Assembly (NCBI GenBank): GCA_041664225.1
Contig: JBAYLE010000002.1
Span: 3,541-67,540, forward strand
Origin: Parcubacteria group bacterium
GTDB lineage: Bacteria > Patescibacteriota > Minisyncoccia > Moranbacterales > UBA2206
Direction of reading: 5' to 3'
Length of the DNA: 64,000 bases
The stretch's first letter is position 1. Each line of letters starts with the position of its first letter. A program made the position numbers and the translations under genes. Positions 9,738 through 19,791 of this stretch are shown piece by piece. The notes below the pieces were generated by a model, which saw only the letters and a program-made list of their open reading frames with translations, searched no databases and had not been told where the DNA came from.

Positions 9738-9869
9738 CCTGTTAAATAATCCGCCACAGCGGATTAAGATTTGAGAGAAAACAGGTGAATTTGCAGGGTT
9801 AATACTAACTATTAAAAAATAGGTTTGTTTCTACAAAAAAATAGAATCAAATCTTATTTAACAGGGTAA
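9738..9869 (+). promoter_or_regulatory. Structured 5' leader (nested long-range helices) immediately upstream of the GT2 start codon; riboswitch/attenuator-like
   Basis: CCCTGTTAAATAA (9738-9750) pairs perfectly with TTATTTAACAGGG (9855-9867), ending 2 nt before the ATG. Inside it, AAGATTTGA (9767-9775) pairs with TCAAATCTT (9847-9855). There are local hairpins TAATCCGC-CACA-GCGGATTA and CTATT-AAAA-AATAG. Confidence 0.45.
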
Positions 9870-10805
9870 ATGGAAAATAAGCCTTATCTTTCAATTGTGG
9901 TGCCAATTTATAACGAAGAGGGGAATGTCCGGGAATTGCACCGCCAAATCAAAGAAGCCTGCCAAAAAATCGGTAAGCCCTTCGAGATTGTTTTTGTGGA
10001 TGACGGCTCAAAAGACGCAACCGTCAAAAATTGCGAGGGTTTGAGCCCGCTTAAACTTATCAAATTCCGCAAAAATTTCGGACAGACAGCCGCTTTTGAC
10101 GCCGGCTTTAAAAACGCTACTGGCGAATTGATTGTCACTATGGACGGTGATCTGCAAAACGATCCGGCAGACATCCCTCTGCTTTTGGCCGAAATGCAGA
10201 AAGGTTTTGACATTGTCGCCGGTTGGCGCTGGAAAAGAAAAGACTCTTTCAACAAAAAATTCTTTTCCCGCACCGCTAATCTTTTGCGCAAATTTTTTAT
10301 CGCGGATACGATTCATGATTCCGGTTGCAGTTTGAAGGTTTTTAAAAGCGAATGTTTCGTCGATGTCGATCTTTTCGGCGAGATGCATCGCTTCATCCCA
10401 GCCATTTTGGAGTTACAGGGCTACAAAGTCGGCGAAGTAAAGGTCAGCCATCACCCCAGGATCCATGGCAAGACCAAATATAATTGGAAAAGATCCATTA
10501 AGGGCTTGGTGGACATGATTTCTATCTGGTTCTGGCGAAAATACGCCAACCGCCCGCTTCATCTTTTTGGGGGAACCGGTATTATCTTTTCATTATTAGG
10601 CGTAATCATTTTAGTCTGGATGATCATTGAAAAAATATTGGGCGCTTCCATCGCGGAAAAAATTTGGCCGTTGATCGGGGTGTTTTTGGTCCTGGTCGGC
10701 ATCCAGCTTTTTGTTTTTGGACTGCTCGCGGACATTATGATCAAAAATTATTACAAAAACAGGCATTCGATGAACTATTCAATCAAAGAAATTACAGAAT
10801 CGTAA
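9870..10805 (+). CDS. GT2-family polyprenyl-phosphate glycosyltransferase (dolichyl/undecaprenyl-phosphate mannose/glucose synthase-like, ArnC/GtrB type)
   Basis: LSIVVPIYNEEGNV...VFVDDGSKD...TMDGDLQNDP are GT-A DxD motifs. The C-terminal two TM helices are typical of DPM1/GtrB-like enzymes. Confidence 0.85.
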   Translation: MENKPYLSIVVPIYNEEGNVRELHRQIKEACQKIGKPFEIVFVDDGSKDATVKNCEGLSPLKLIKFRKNFGQTAAFDAGFKNATGELIVTMDGDLQNDPADIPLLLAEMQKGFDIVAGWRWKRKDSFNKKFFSRTANLLRKFFIADTIHDSGCSLKVFKSECFVDVDLFGEMHRFIPAILELQGYKVGEVKVSHHPRIHGKTKYNWKRSIKGLVDMISIWFWRKYANRPLHLFGGTGIIFSLLGVIILVWMIIEKILGASIAEKIWPLIGVFLVLVGIQLFVFGLLADIMIKNYYKNRHSMNYSIKEITES

Positions 10806-10975
10806 TAATAGGAGTTTATCCCGCATCCAATTCCAACAAAGTTTAGATGTTATGATTAACTTTGCTTGTGAAGTCGCCTGCGGCTAAGTTGTATCTAAAA
10901 ATTTAATTATAACAGCGAATTGGTGCGGGATGCTCATTTTTATTTCCACTCGCACAGCTCGCGGATAAAAATGGC

Positions 10976-12343
10976 ATGAAAATAGGAGTTATTGGGATTG
11001 GGTTTGTTGGCTTGCCTCTGGCAGCCGCTTTTGCCGATATGGGCAATACGATTTATTGTCTCGACACCGACGCAAAAAAAATAGAGGGGCTGAAAAACGG
11101 TATTATGCCTATCAACGAGCCTGGCCTGGAACCCTTGGTGAAAAAGGGCATGGAACATAAGTTGCTTCATTTCACAACTGATTATGACGAAACACTAGCG
11201 AATAGCGAGATTATTTTTATCGCTGTCGGCACGCCTCCGGGAGATGACGGCAGCGCGGATTTGAGCTACGTTAAGGCCGTCGCCAAAGAGATCGGCAGTC
11301 GCATGACAAAACCGCTGATTATCGCGGACAAATCAACGGTGCCGGTGGGAACCGCTGAAGTAGTCAAGGGAATTATCCAGGAAGAACTCACCAAACGAAA
11401 TCTCAATCTGGAATTTCATGTTGTCAGCAATCCGGAATTTATGGCCGAAGGCCGAGCTATGAAAGATATGCTGGAGCCCAGTCGAATCGTTGTCGGCACC
11501 GACAATGAAGAAGTGGCGGAAAAACTGCATAAATTATATAAACCCTTTATGATGCGCGAAGACCGGTTCCATAGCATGGGCGTACGCGACGCGGAACTGA
11601 CCAAATATACCGGCAATACCAATCTGGCGATGAAAATTTCTTTTATCAATACGATTGCCGGAATTTGCGACTTGATCGGCTCGGATGTGGAAAAAGTCGC
11701 CGAAGGAATCGGCAGTGACCCGCGCATCGGCACGAGCTTCTTGCATCCCAGTTGCGGATACGGCGGCAGTTGTTTTCCAAAAGATGTGAAGGCGCTGGTA
11801 GCTTTCGCCAAGAAAGTCGGTTTGCCTGCGCCCTATGTTCAACTTCTGAACGCTATCGAAGAGGTCAATAATTTTCAAAAAACCATTATTCCGAGAAAAA
11901 TTATCGCCAAATTTGGCAACGACTTATCTGGTATGAAATTTGCTCTCTGGGGTTTGGCTTTCAAAGCCAACACGAACGACATGCGCGAATCAGCCAGCAT
12001 CAAGATCGTCAACGAACTCACCAAAAGGGGTGCAACTGTTTTGGCTTATGATCCTTTGGCCGTTTCTGAATCACGAGAAGTTTATCTTAAAGACAATGAC
12101 AAAATAATTTATGAGGAACACGATAAATACAAAATTTTGGAAGGCTGCGGCGCGCTAATCATCGGCACTGAGACCAAAGAATACCGCGCGATTGATATTG
12201 AAAGAGCCAAATCAATACTTAAAAATCCGATTATCTTTGATGGCCGAAATCTTTTTGATATTGAAATGTTAAAAAGCGCCGGTTTTGAATATTACGGCAT
12301 CGGCAGGGGAGACAAGATCGAATATCAGAAAATTGAACTTTAA
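10976..12343 (+). CDS. ugd: UDP-glucose 6-dehydrogenase (UDP-glucose/GDP-mannose dehydrogenase family)
   Basis: MKIGVIGIGFVGLPLAAAF is an NAD Rossmann motif. The catalytic region GYGGSCFPKDV with Cys, and the overall 455-aa length, fit the family. Confidence 0.9.
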   Translation: MKIGVIGIGFVGLPLAAAFADMGNTIYCLDTDAKKIEGLKNGIMPINEPGLEPLVKKGMEHKLLHFTTDYDETLANSEIIFIAVGTPPGDDGSADLSYVKAVAKEIGSRMTKPLIIADKSTVPVGTAEVVKGIIQEELTKRNLNLEFHVVSNPEFMAEGRAMKDMLEPSRIVVGTDNEEVAEKLHKLYKPFMMREDRFHSMGVRDAELTKYTGNTNLAMKISFINTIAGICDLIGSDVEKVAEGIGSDPRIGTSFLHPSCGYGGSCFPKDVKALVAFAKKVGLPAPYVQLLNAIEEVNNFQKTIIPRKIIAKFGNDLSGMKFALWGLAFKANTNDMRESASIKIVNELTKRGATVLAYDPLAVSESREVYLKDNDKIIYEEHDKYKILEGCGALIIGTETKEYRAIDIERAKSILKNPIIFDGRNLFDIEMLKSAGFEYYGIGRGDKIEYQKIEL

Positions 12344-12353
12344 AAATGGCTGA

Positions 12354-12381
12354 AGAGAGCGGTTTTATCCGCTCTTTTTTC
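12354..12381 (+). terminator. Rho-independent terminator after ugd
   Basis: AGAGCGG-TTTTAT-CCGCTCT hairpin followed by TTTTTTC. Confidence 0.75.
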
Positions 12382-12416
12382 TTTTCATCCAGACAAAATT
12401 TTGCTATAATCAATCT

Positions 12417-13589
12417 ATGAAAGTCTTATTTCTCAATTATGAATACCCGCCAATCGGCTCGGGCGCGGCAAACGCGACTTTTTGTATTTTACACGAGTAT
12501 GCCCAAATACCCGAATTAGAAGTTGACTTAATCACATCTTCAGCTTCAGGAGAATACGTTCAGGAGGAACTTGGCAAAAACATCAAAATCCATCGTCTGC
12601 CAGTGGGCAAAAACGCGGATAATTTGCATTTGCAGACCAGAAAAAATTTGATTCTTTACTCGATAAAGTCATATTTTTTCGCCCGAAAATTGATCAAAAA
12701 AGCTAAGCAAAGCGGACAAGCGTATGAATTGACCCATTCTTTTTTCACAGTACCTTGTGGCTTCGTTTCTATGCTTTTAAAATTTGAATTTGGACTTCCG
12801 TATATTGTATCCCTCCGCGGTTCAGATGTGCCGGGCTACAGTGACCGCTTTGTTTTTATTTATAAATTTATCACGCCGATAATAAAACTTGTCTGGAAAA
12901 AATCTTCTTTTGTTATTGCAAACAGCCAGGGATTGAAAGATTTGGCACTAGAATCAAGAACAAAAAAGGAAATTGGTATAATTTTCAATGGCGTGGAAAT
13001 AGATCGATTTAAACCGGATGAAAATTTGAGAAATAAAGAAAAGTTTATTATCACCGTTGGCGCGTCACGCATCACTCATCGGAAGGGCTTCAACTATCTG
13101 ATTGAAGCGATTGCGATGTTATCGCCAAAATATCCAAATATCTATGCAAAAATAATGGGCGAGGGAAATGCCAAAGAAGAACTGGAGCAACTAGTGAAAA
13201 AACTTAAACTCGATGAAAAAATAGAATTTTTGGGCCGCATACCGCGTGAAAATCTCGCTCCATTTTACCAGGAAGCTGATCTTTTTGTTTTGCCCTCTCT
13301 CAACGAAGGCATGAGCAACGCCATGCTGGAAGCGTTATCTTCTGGCCTACCTTTGCTTTCGACAAACACCGGCGGCGCGGATGAATTGCTGAAAGATGGC
13401 TCTAATGGATTTATTATAAAAATGAAAGATGCCTCAGATATCGCCGAAAAAATTGAAAAAATAATCGCCAACAAAAATTTACAGGATTCCATGGGAAAAG
13501 CCAGCAGAGAATTAGCGGAAACTATGAGCTGGCAAAAAGTAGCGCAGCAATATTTCGATTTATATAAACAAACAATCAATCATGCATAA
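12417..13589 (+). CDS. GT4-family (GT-B) glycosyltransferase
   Basis: It carries the C-terminal EADLFVLPSLNEGMSNAMLEALSSGLPLLSTNTGG...GFII motif (E-x7-E) characteristic of Glycos_transf_1. It is preceded by an extended -10 (TGcTATAAT). Confidence 0.85.
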   Translation: MKVLFLNYEYPPIGSGAANATFCILHEYAQIPELEVDLITSSASGEYVQEELGKNIKIHRLPVGKNADNLHLQTRKNLILYSIKSYFFARKLIKKAKQSGQAYELTHSFFTVPCGFVSMLLKFEFGLPYIVSLRGSDVPGYSDRFVFIYKFITPIIKLVWKKSSFVIANSQGLKDLALESRTKKEIGIIFNGVEIDRFKPDENLRNKEKFIITVGASRITHRKGFNYLIEAIAMLSPKYPNIYAKIMGEGNAKEELEQLVKKLKLDEKIEFLGRIPRENLAPFYQEADLFVLPSLNEGMSNAMLEALSSGLPLLSTNTGGADELLKDGSNGFIIKMKDASDIAEKIEKIIANKNLQDSMGKASRELAETMSWQKVAQQYFDLYKQTINHA

Positions 13590-14508
13590 GTATTTGAAAT
13601 TTTTTCTGAAACTGGCCGTCAGCCTCGGCTTTGTTGCTTGGATAATTCTCAAGACCGACTGGGCCCAAGTTTTGCAATATCTGAGTGAAATTGATCTCTG
13701 GAAGCTGGTAGTGTATGTTCTGCTTATTGTTTTTGGAATTGCTATTTCGGCTCATAAATGGAGACTGCTGGCTAATTTCAAAAATATCTCCAGACATAGT
13801 TTTCGGGATTTTTACCAATTTTATCTTACGGGCACTTTTATTAATAATTTTATGCCCTCATTCATCGGCGGTGACACATTTCGTGCTTATCAAATCGGCC
13901 ACGCTGAAAAAAAATATATAGAGTCTGCTTCATCAGTCGTCGCTGACCGTATCACTGGCTTTGTCGCCATGACAATTTTGGCTTTGCTTTTCGGCCTTCT
14001 AAACCTTCAGCAAACACTCGACAATAAATTGCTTTTGCTTATTTATTCGATTCTGCTGCTTTCTTTTCTTTTGGATATCCTAATCGCCAAAACCAGAGAC
14101 TGGCGGTTGTGGAAAAAATTTCTAGCGCTTCTTCCACAAAAAATTGCGCGCTTCATAACAGAACTGCAGGACTATAGCCGGGACTCCGGAATTCTCACCA
14201 AAACTATTTTTTGGGGCATGATTTTTCAATTTGTCGGCGTGGCACTGGCTAATCTAGTGCTTTTTTGGGCGCTGGATATTCAAATTAGTCTTTTAAATTA
14301 TTTTTCCGTTATCTTTTTAATCAGTCTCATTTCTTCCATCCCGATCAGTATTAATAATATCGGCCTTAAGGAGTGGGCTTATGTCACTTTTTTTGGGATT
14401 TATGGGCTTGAAAGCTCAGCTTTGGTGACAATCGCCATCTTGAGCCGATTTATTCAGATGGTTATCAGTTTTTTGGCACTACCAGCCTATCTGAAAACAA
14501 AAAAATGA
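13582..14508 (+). CDS. Flippase-like membrane protein (lysylphosphatidylglycerol-synthase TM region / UPF0104 family)
   Basis: It has 8 TM helices. The first-helix motif ...WRLLANFKNI and the overall pattern match the LPG_synthase_TM family, which often partners with GT2/GT-C enzymes. It overlaps its neighbours on both sides. Confidence 0.65.
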   Translation: MHKYLKFFLKLAVSLGFVAWIILKTDWAQVLQYLSEIDLWKLVVYVLLIVFGIAISAHKWRLLANFKNISRHSFRDFYQFYLTGTFINNFMPSFIGGDTFRAYQIGHAEKKYIESASSVVADRITGFVAMTILALLFGLLNLQQTLDNKLLLLIYSILLLSFLLDILIAKTRDWRLWKKFLALLPQKIARFITELQDYSRDSGILTKTIFWGMIFQFVGVALANLVLFWALDIQISLLNYFSVIFLISLISSIPISINNIGLKEWAYVTFFGIYGLESSALVTIAILSRFIQMVISFLALPAYLKTKK

Positions 14509-16142
14509 ATTTATTTGGAATAATCCGTGAAAAAAAGAAAGTTTTTGTTCTGCTCCTGGCAATCATCGCGCTGGGAATTTTTTTGCGGACCTATCACTAC
14601 AGCGACTTGCTACGTTTCGGCAAAGATCAGGCGCGTGACGCATCCATCGTTCACAACATTATTGAAAAAAAAGAGCCCTTGCCGCTTCTGGGGCCAAAAG
14701 CTGGCGGCACTGATTTTCAAATGGGTCCCGTTTTTTATTATTTCCAGTACGCGTCCGCTTCAATTTTTGGCGCCACACCGGACAAAATGGCTTATCCAGA
14801 TTTGTTATTTTCCATCCTGACAATACCTCTATTGTTTCTGTTTTTGCGGAAATATCTAAACACTAATATCTCGCTTGCACTCACGGCCTTGTTTGCCGTC
14901 TCTTTTTTCGCCGTACAAAACGGACGCTTTGCCTGGAACCCAAATTCCTTGCCGTTTTTTTCCCTGCTTTTCTTGTATGCTTTTTTGCAGCTAGCTGAAA
15001 CCGCGAAAAACAAAAAATTATGGTGGTCTCTTATTTTGGGTTTTGCTCTGGGTATCGGCGCGCAACTGCATACGCTCTTTATTTTGATCGCCTCAGTTAT
15101 TTTTATTCTTTTTTGCGCCTACCTGATCCGCAAAAAAAATTTGAAAATAAAATGGGCTGTTTTAGTGATCGCCGTTGCGCTTTTGTTCAATATTCCTCAA
15201 ATTATTTCTGAAATCCAAACAAAAGGCTCCAATACAAAAGCTTTTTTCCAGGGCATCACTCAAAAAACAACCTTCAAGCATCCTTTTCCAAAAAACATCA
15301 TGTATGACGGCGCCTGGCATCTCCAGGCTAACACCTTATTTGTCGCTCCGATAGGCGACGATACTAGTCTGCATATTACAAGTCTAGCGGATTCTTTTAA
15401 GGACAACGAGAAGGGAATTGCGGGAATAACAAAATATTTGCCGGATTTACTGCGAATTGTTTTTGGTATCGCTTTAACTTTGGGCGGATATTTTTTACTT
15501 GGATTCTATCTAAAAAAAGAAAAGGATGTCTCAAAAAAAATGTTTTTGCAATTATTATCCTTGTATATCGCAGCTGCTTTTTTTGTTATGATCCCGCTTT
15601 CTTTTGTGCTTGAGCTCCGCTATTTTTTAATCGTTCAGTTTGTTCCGTTTTTGCTGCTGGGGCTACTGATAAAATTTTTCCGCGAAAAATACGGTCAAAC
15701 GGGGCTGCGTCTTTCATTAATAGTGATCTTGTTATTATGCGGATTGAATATTTATAAAGTCGCCAGCGAATTCAATTCTTTTTTAAACAGAGACGGCGAC
15801 GTCGGCATTGCCATCTGGAGCGAAGAAAAATTTGCTGGAGAATTTATCCTGGCGCATACGCAACCCGAGCAAGATGTGCACATGGTTTTTGAACCAGCCG
15901 AAGCGGATAAGTTCATCCGACCACTAGCCTATTTTGATGAAAATATTGACGCGCCTCTGGAACACAATGACGATACACCATTAGAAGACAGCAATGTCGC
16001 TTATTTTTCCCTTATTTTGGATGGACGGAAGGGGAAGGATACATTTAAACGCAACCTAAAAAAATCAGATTTATATATTATTTCGGATTCTGCCACCTAT
16101 GGACGATTGGCTATATACAAACTTGAATTGAAAGAAAAGTAA
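14505..16142 (+). CDS. GT-C glycosyltransferase of the ArnT/PMT (PMT_2) family
   Basis: The N-terminus RTYHYSDLLRFGKDQARDASIV sits in the first periplasmic loop after TM1. This is the position of the DE(x)RY-type catalytic motif in ArnT/PMT enzymes. It has about 11 TM helices plus a C-terminal soluble domain. Confidence 0.7.
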   Translation: MNLFGIIREKKKVFVLLLAIIALGIFLRTYHYSDLLRFGKDQARDASIVHNIIEKKEPLPLLGPKAGGTDFQMGPVFYYFQYASASIFGATPDKMAYPDLLFSILTIPLLFLFLRKYLNTNISLALTALFAVSFFAVQNGRFAWNPNSLPFFSLLFLYAFLQLAETAKNKKLWWSLILGFALGIGAQLHTLFILIASVIFILFCAYLIRKKNLKIKWAVLVIAVALLFNIPQIISEIQTKGSNTKAFFQGITQKTTFKHPFPKNIMYDGAWHLQANTLFVAPIGDDTSLHITSLADSFKDNEKGIAGITKYLPDLLRIVFGIALTLGGYFLLGFYLKKEKDVSKKMFLQLLSLYIAAAFFVMIPLSFVLELRYFLIVQFVPFLLLGLLIKFFREKYGQTGLRLSLIVILLLCGLNIYKVASEFNSFLNRDGDVGIAIWSEEKFAGEFILAHTQPEQDVHMVFEPAEADKFIRPLAYFDENIDAPLEHNDDTPLEDSNVAYFSLILDGRKGKDTFKRNLKKSDLYIISDSATYGRLAIYKLELKEK

Positions 16143-16150
16143 AAAATACT

Positions 16151-17560
16151 TTAGTAATTGATATTTTGGCTGTTACTGACAGAAAAGATTGGCGGTTTTT
16201 TTACGCCTTCAATTTCCATTTGGTCAAAATTGACATCCTGGGAATATTTGACCGAAATTCCTTTCTCGGCTGTGGCTGTGAGATTGGAAATATTTACGTT
16301 TGATATTAAGCTCGATTCTAGCCCCTCCAACTCTACAGCATACTTTGTTTTCCCGACCGAAATGCCGTCAAAATAAAAATTCTTAAATACCGGAGCTTTC
16401 CCGCCCTCTGAGTTCAGGGTAGAGGCTGGATAAGTTAGATCAAGCTTTAGGGCGGTATTTGTCACATCGCCCATCGTGATATTTTTTGCCCAAACATTTT
16501 CCACAAAACCTCCCCGATTTTTGACTGATTTGGCGCGTATGCCCTGATCAACGCCGTTGAGCCTTAAATTTTCCAAAAGAACATTACGTACCCCGCCCGA
16601 CATCTCACTGCCGATTGCGATAGCGCTGTGTCCGCCTTCAATAGCACAATTACGAATAACGATATTTTCCGATGGTCGATTAACTCGCCAGCCATCTTCA
16701 TTTAGGCCAGATTTGATGGAAATGGTATCATCACTGGACAATAGGCGGGAATTTTCAACCAAAATATTCTTGGAAGAATCAATCACTACGCCGTCGGAAT
16801 TGAAACCCAGCGTATCCACATCAAGATTACGCAAGACCACGTTTTCCGAATATATCAGATGGATCGTCCAGCGCGGGCTATTAGTTATGGAATATCCTTC
16901 CAGCCGGACATTTTTGCAGTTTACAAATTGGACAAATGATGGACGCAAAGCGTCTTCGGAAGTTCCAAAAATCCTTTTTTCAACCGGCAGATTATCTTTT
17001 ACCATTTTGTTCAACTTTTCCAACGCCGGTTTTTCTCCTTTTTTCCAAGTCTGCCAAAGTTGCCCCTGACCATTTAATTTGCCCCGTCCGGTAATAGCGA
17101 CATTTTCTGCGCCATTCGCGTAGATAAATGGGGAGTAATTGTACAATTCGATGCCTTCAATCCGCGTAAAGACTGCCGGCAAATAATCTTTGGGATTAGC
17201 GCTGAAAATTATCTCTGCGTCCTTGTCTAAATCCAAATCGATATTGCTCGCGAGATGGATTGCGCCAGTCAGCCATTTGCCGGCGGGAATAACAACCTTA
17301 CCGCCGCCCTTTTGAACGCAATCCTGGATGGATTTTTTGATTGCTTCAGTATTGGAAGTTATGCCATCGGAAATAGCTCCGTAGTCAGAGATATTGCAAA
17401 CATTAGGAGGAAAATCGAAATTTTGCATCTCACTCAAAACAAAAGGGATTGCTTTGCCAGCCAGCTGATTTTTTTTAGATTTGTGTAAAAGAAAAATGGC
17501 CGCCGAAATAAAGATCAGCAACAACAAAACTGCAACTAAATACTTGGCTATTTTCCCCAT
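16151..17560 (-). CDS. Membrane-anchored glycoside hydrolase family 28 (polygalacturonase-like, right-handed beta-helix)
   Basis: It has an N-terminal signal anchor. The GH28 signature blocks are present: GFNSDG (NTD-like), SSDDTISIKSG (DD), GGHSAIAIGSE (GHG) and GIRAKSV (RIK). Confidence 0.8.
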   Translation of the reverse strand: MGKIAKYLVAVLLLLIFISAAIFLLHKSKKNQLAGKAIPFVLSEMQNFDFPPNVCNISDYGAISDGITSNTEAIKKSIQDCVQKGGGKVVIPAGKWLTGAIHLASNIDLDLDKDAEIIFSANPKDYLPAVFTRIEGIELYNYSPFIYANGAENVAITGRGKLNGQGQLWQTWKKGEKPALEKLNKMVKDNLPVEKRIFGTSEDALRPSFVQFVNCKNVRLEGYSITNSPRWTIHLIYSENVVLRNLDVDTLGFNSDGVVIDSSKNILVENSRLLSSDDTISIKSGLNEDGWRVNRPSENIVIRNCAIEGGHSAIAIGSEMSGGVRNVLLENLRLNGVDQGIRAKSVKNRGGFVENVWAKNITMGDVTNTALKLDLTYPASTLNSEGGKAPVFKNFYFDGISVGKTKYAVELEGLESSLISNVNISNLTATAEKGISVKYSQDVNFDQMEIEGVKKPPIFSVSNSQNINY

Positions 17561-17613
17561 ATTTTAACTTATTATAGCTTTTTTTAGAGGATCAGAGAAG
17601 CGCCTATCTTTTA

Positions 17614-17642
17614 TTGCAAAAAGAGCTAAATTCGAGTATAAT
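17614..17642 (+). promoter_or_regulatory. Near-consensus sigma70-type promoter for the GT-C paralog operon
   Basis: TTGCAA (17614-17619), a 17-nt spacer, then TATAAT (17637-17642). The first ATG is at 17683. Confidence 0.55.
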
Positions 17643-17682
17643 AAAAGGCATTGGAATCCAAAAAATCACACTAATTATCGCC

Positions 17683-19791
17683 ATGATTTTACTAAAAAAT
17701 TGCCGCTTTCTTAATAATTTTTACCAAAAAATTGCCAAACGCAAAAATCTGTTGGTTGAATCTCTGCTTTGTTTTGCGCTTTTGATTTACTTTATTTTTG
17801 GATTTCACCATCTATCCAATTTTATTTCGGCCGATGAGCATTTTTGGCTGCCAAATTCTGGGACCGAGCGCATTGAGGATTATTGGACCGCCATCAAAAA
17901 AGGTGATTGGAAAGACACTCGCATCAACGACAAGCCCGGCATCACTCTGGCGTACACCTCGGGCATAGCCATGCTATTTGATGATGCTAAAGGCCAAATC
18001 ATAGACAGCGACGGAAACTTCAAGCGATATGATCCGGCTCGGACAAAAACGATAAATTTTTTGTATCGGTTACCAATTCTTCTCATCAGCGGCTTCTTCT
18101 CTTTTTTCTTTTTTTGGATCATCCGACGCATAACCGGGAACGAGTGGATCGCCTTATTTTCCGCCACCGGCATCCTGCTTTCACCTATTCTTTTAGGAAT
18201 TTCCCAGATCGTCAATCCTGATTCTCTCTTTTGGATTTTCGGATCAGCCTCGTTTTTTTCTTTTTATGCATTTTTGCAGACGCAAGAAAAAAAGTTTATT
18301 CTTCTTGCTTCTGTTTTTTTTGGTTTGGCAATGGCCAGTAAATATGTCAGCATAATTTTTATTCCCTTCTTTCTTTTCGCTATCTTCGCCTATTATTTTT
18401 TCGAATTTGAAAAATGGCAAAGCACTCCGCAAGAACTTAAAAAAATCGCCATCCGCATTGGCTTGGCGTATTTCGCTATCATTTTATCGGGCTTTTTGAT
18501 TTTTGCCCTTATGATGCCAGCTTCCTTCGTAGAACCGAAGATTTTTTATCTCGGAACGATTGGCTTCCCCGGCATGGAAATGATTTTTTGGCTGGCCATG
18601 GCTATAAACGCCCTTGTTCTTCTGGATGCGTGGATATTCAAAAGCCGCGGCCTTCATTTTTCGCTCAAAAAATTACAACCGCTGCAAAAAATCGCGCCGA
18701 AACTACTTTATTTAATCCTGCTTGGAACGTTCTTTTTTGTGCTGGTCAATTGGCTAACGCGCAACAGCTTTATTGATTTGTCCGACATATCTTTTGATAT
18801 GAAGCGCAAAGACGCATTCAGCGAGCTCGCATTTTACAAGCGCTATTTCATGGAATTTGTGCCTTTGGTTTTTTCCCTGACCCCGATCGCTCTTTGCACG
18901 CTTTTGTTTGGATGGATAAAAGCATTCTTTGCCAAAGGAAAAACCAACACTTTCGTTTTTACATTATCCGTGTTTTTTCTGATTTTTTATGCGGCTGTCA
19001 TCGAACAAGGACTCTTGGTCACAGTGCGTTATAGCATCATTCTTTTTCCACTAGCGCTGGTGCTTGGAGCAACCGCGCTAAATGATTTTTTTTCCGCCAA
19101 ATCACAAGAAGAAAATAAGAAAGCCTTTGTGGTTTTTATTTTTGCCTTTATCGGCATTACTGTTCTCTTCGCTTCGTCTACGATCCAGCAGAGTTATTTC
19201 ACCGGTGCCCTGAAAACTGTTTACCTTGACCGCGTTTATCAAAATTGGTATTTCATCCCGCTTTTCCTTTTGCTTGTGGGAGGATTGGCAAGGGCGGCTT
19301 ACGCTTATCTGCCATGGCAAAAAATTTTCCAAATTCCCAAAATTGGGATTTTTATCATATTGATCGCCCTAAATTCACTGAGTATTTTTCTGATATCTCC
19401 ATTTTATTTCAGCTACACTAATGACCTTTTACCAAAAAATTATATTATCAGCGGCGCTTGGGGCTATGGGGGATATGAAGCCGCCGAATATCTGAATGAT
19501 CTGCCGAATGCCCGGAATCTGACAATCTGGACCGATGTTTACGGAGTGTGTGAATTTTTTTCCGGTAAATGCATCCACAAATCCAAGATAAACACCAGCA
19601 AATACACGATTGATTATTATTTTCGGTCTTTGCAGGCGACTATTCCGCTGAATTTTCCGCATCCGATGGAAAAACATTCTATCTGGTCAATCTATATCGA
19701 TGACAGACCAGAAAGTTTTGTGAAATTATACAAAGCTAAACCGTTAAATTCATCGTCAACCGACGATAATAGTGATGGCACTTCTCAATGA
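17683..19791 (+). CDS. GT-C/PMT_2-family membrane glycosyltransferase, paralog 1 of a tandem array
   Basis: The ORF-track start at 17614 is a TTG inside the promoter, and the ATG at 17683 is the likely start. Blocks shared with the next two genes are SADEHFW, RINDKPGITLAY, LSPILLGISQI.NPDSLFW, SKYVSIIFIPFF, WGYGGYEAAEYLN and G.C.FF.GKC. Confidence 0.7.
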   Translation: MILLKNCRFLNNFYQKIAKRKNLLVESLLCFALLIYFIFGFHHLSNFISADEHFWLPNSGTERIEDYWTAIKKGDWKDTRINDKPGITLAYTSGIAMLFDDAKGQIIDSDGNFKRYDPARTKTINFLYRLPILLISGFFSFFFFWIIRRITGNEWIALFSATGILLSPILLGISQIVNPDSLFWIFGSASFFSFYAFLQTQEKKFILLASVFFGLAMASKYVSIIFIPFFLFAIFAYYFFEFEKWQSTPQELKKIAIRIGLAYFAIILSGFLIFALMMPASFVEPKIFYLGTIGFPGMEMIFWLAMAINALVLLDAWIFKSRGLHFSLKKLQPLQKIAPKLLYLILLGTFFFVLVNWLTRNSFIDLSDISFDMKRKDAFSELAFYKRYFMEFVPLVFSLTPIALCTLLFGWIKAFFAKGKTNTFVFTLSVFFLIFYAAVIEQGLLVTVRYSIILFPLALVLGATALNDFFSAKSQEENKKAFVVFIFAFIGITVLFASSTIQQSYFTGALKTVYLDRVYQNWYFIPLFLLLVGGLARAAYAYLPWQKIFQIPKIGIFIILIALNSLSIFLISPFYFSYTNDLLPKNYIISGAWGYGGYEAAEYLNDLPNARNLTIWTDVYGVCEFFSGKCIHKSKINTSKYTIDYYFRSLQATIPLNFPHPMEKHSIWSIYIDDRPESFVKLYKAKPLNSSSTDDNSDGTSQ

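Noticed and set aside
16557-17069. 170-aa plus-strand ORF antisense to the GH28 gene
   Set aside because: It is a shadow ORF opposite a gene with clear GH28 motifs.
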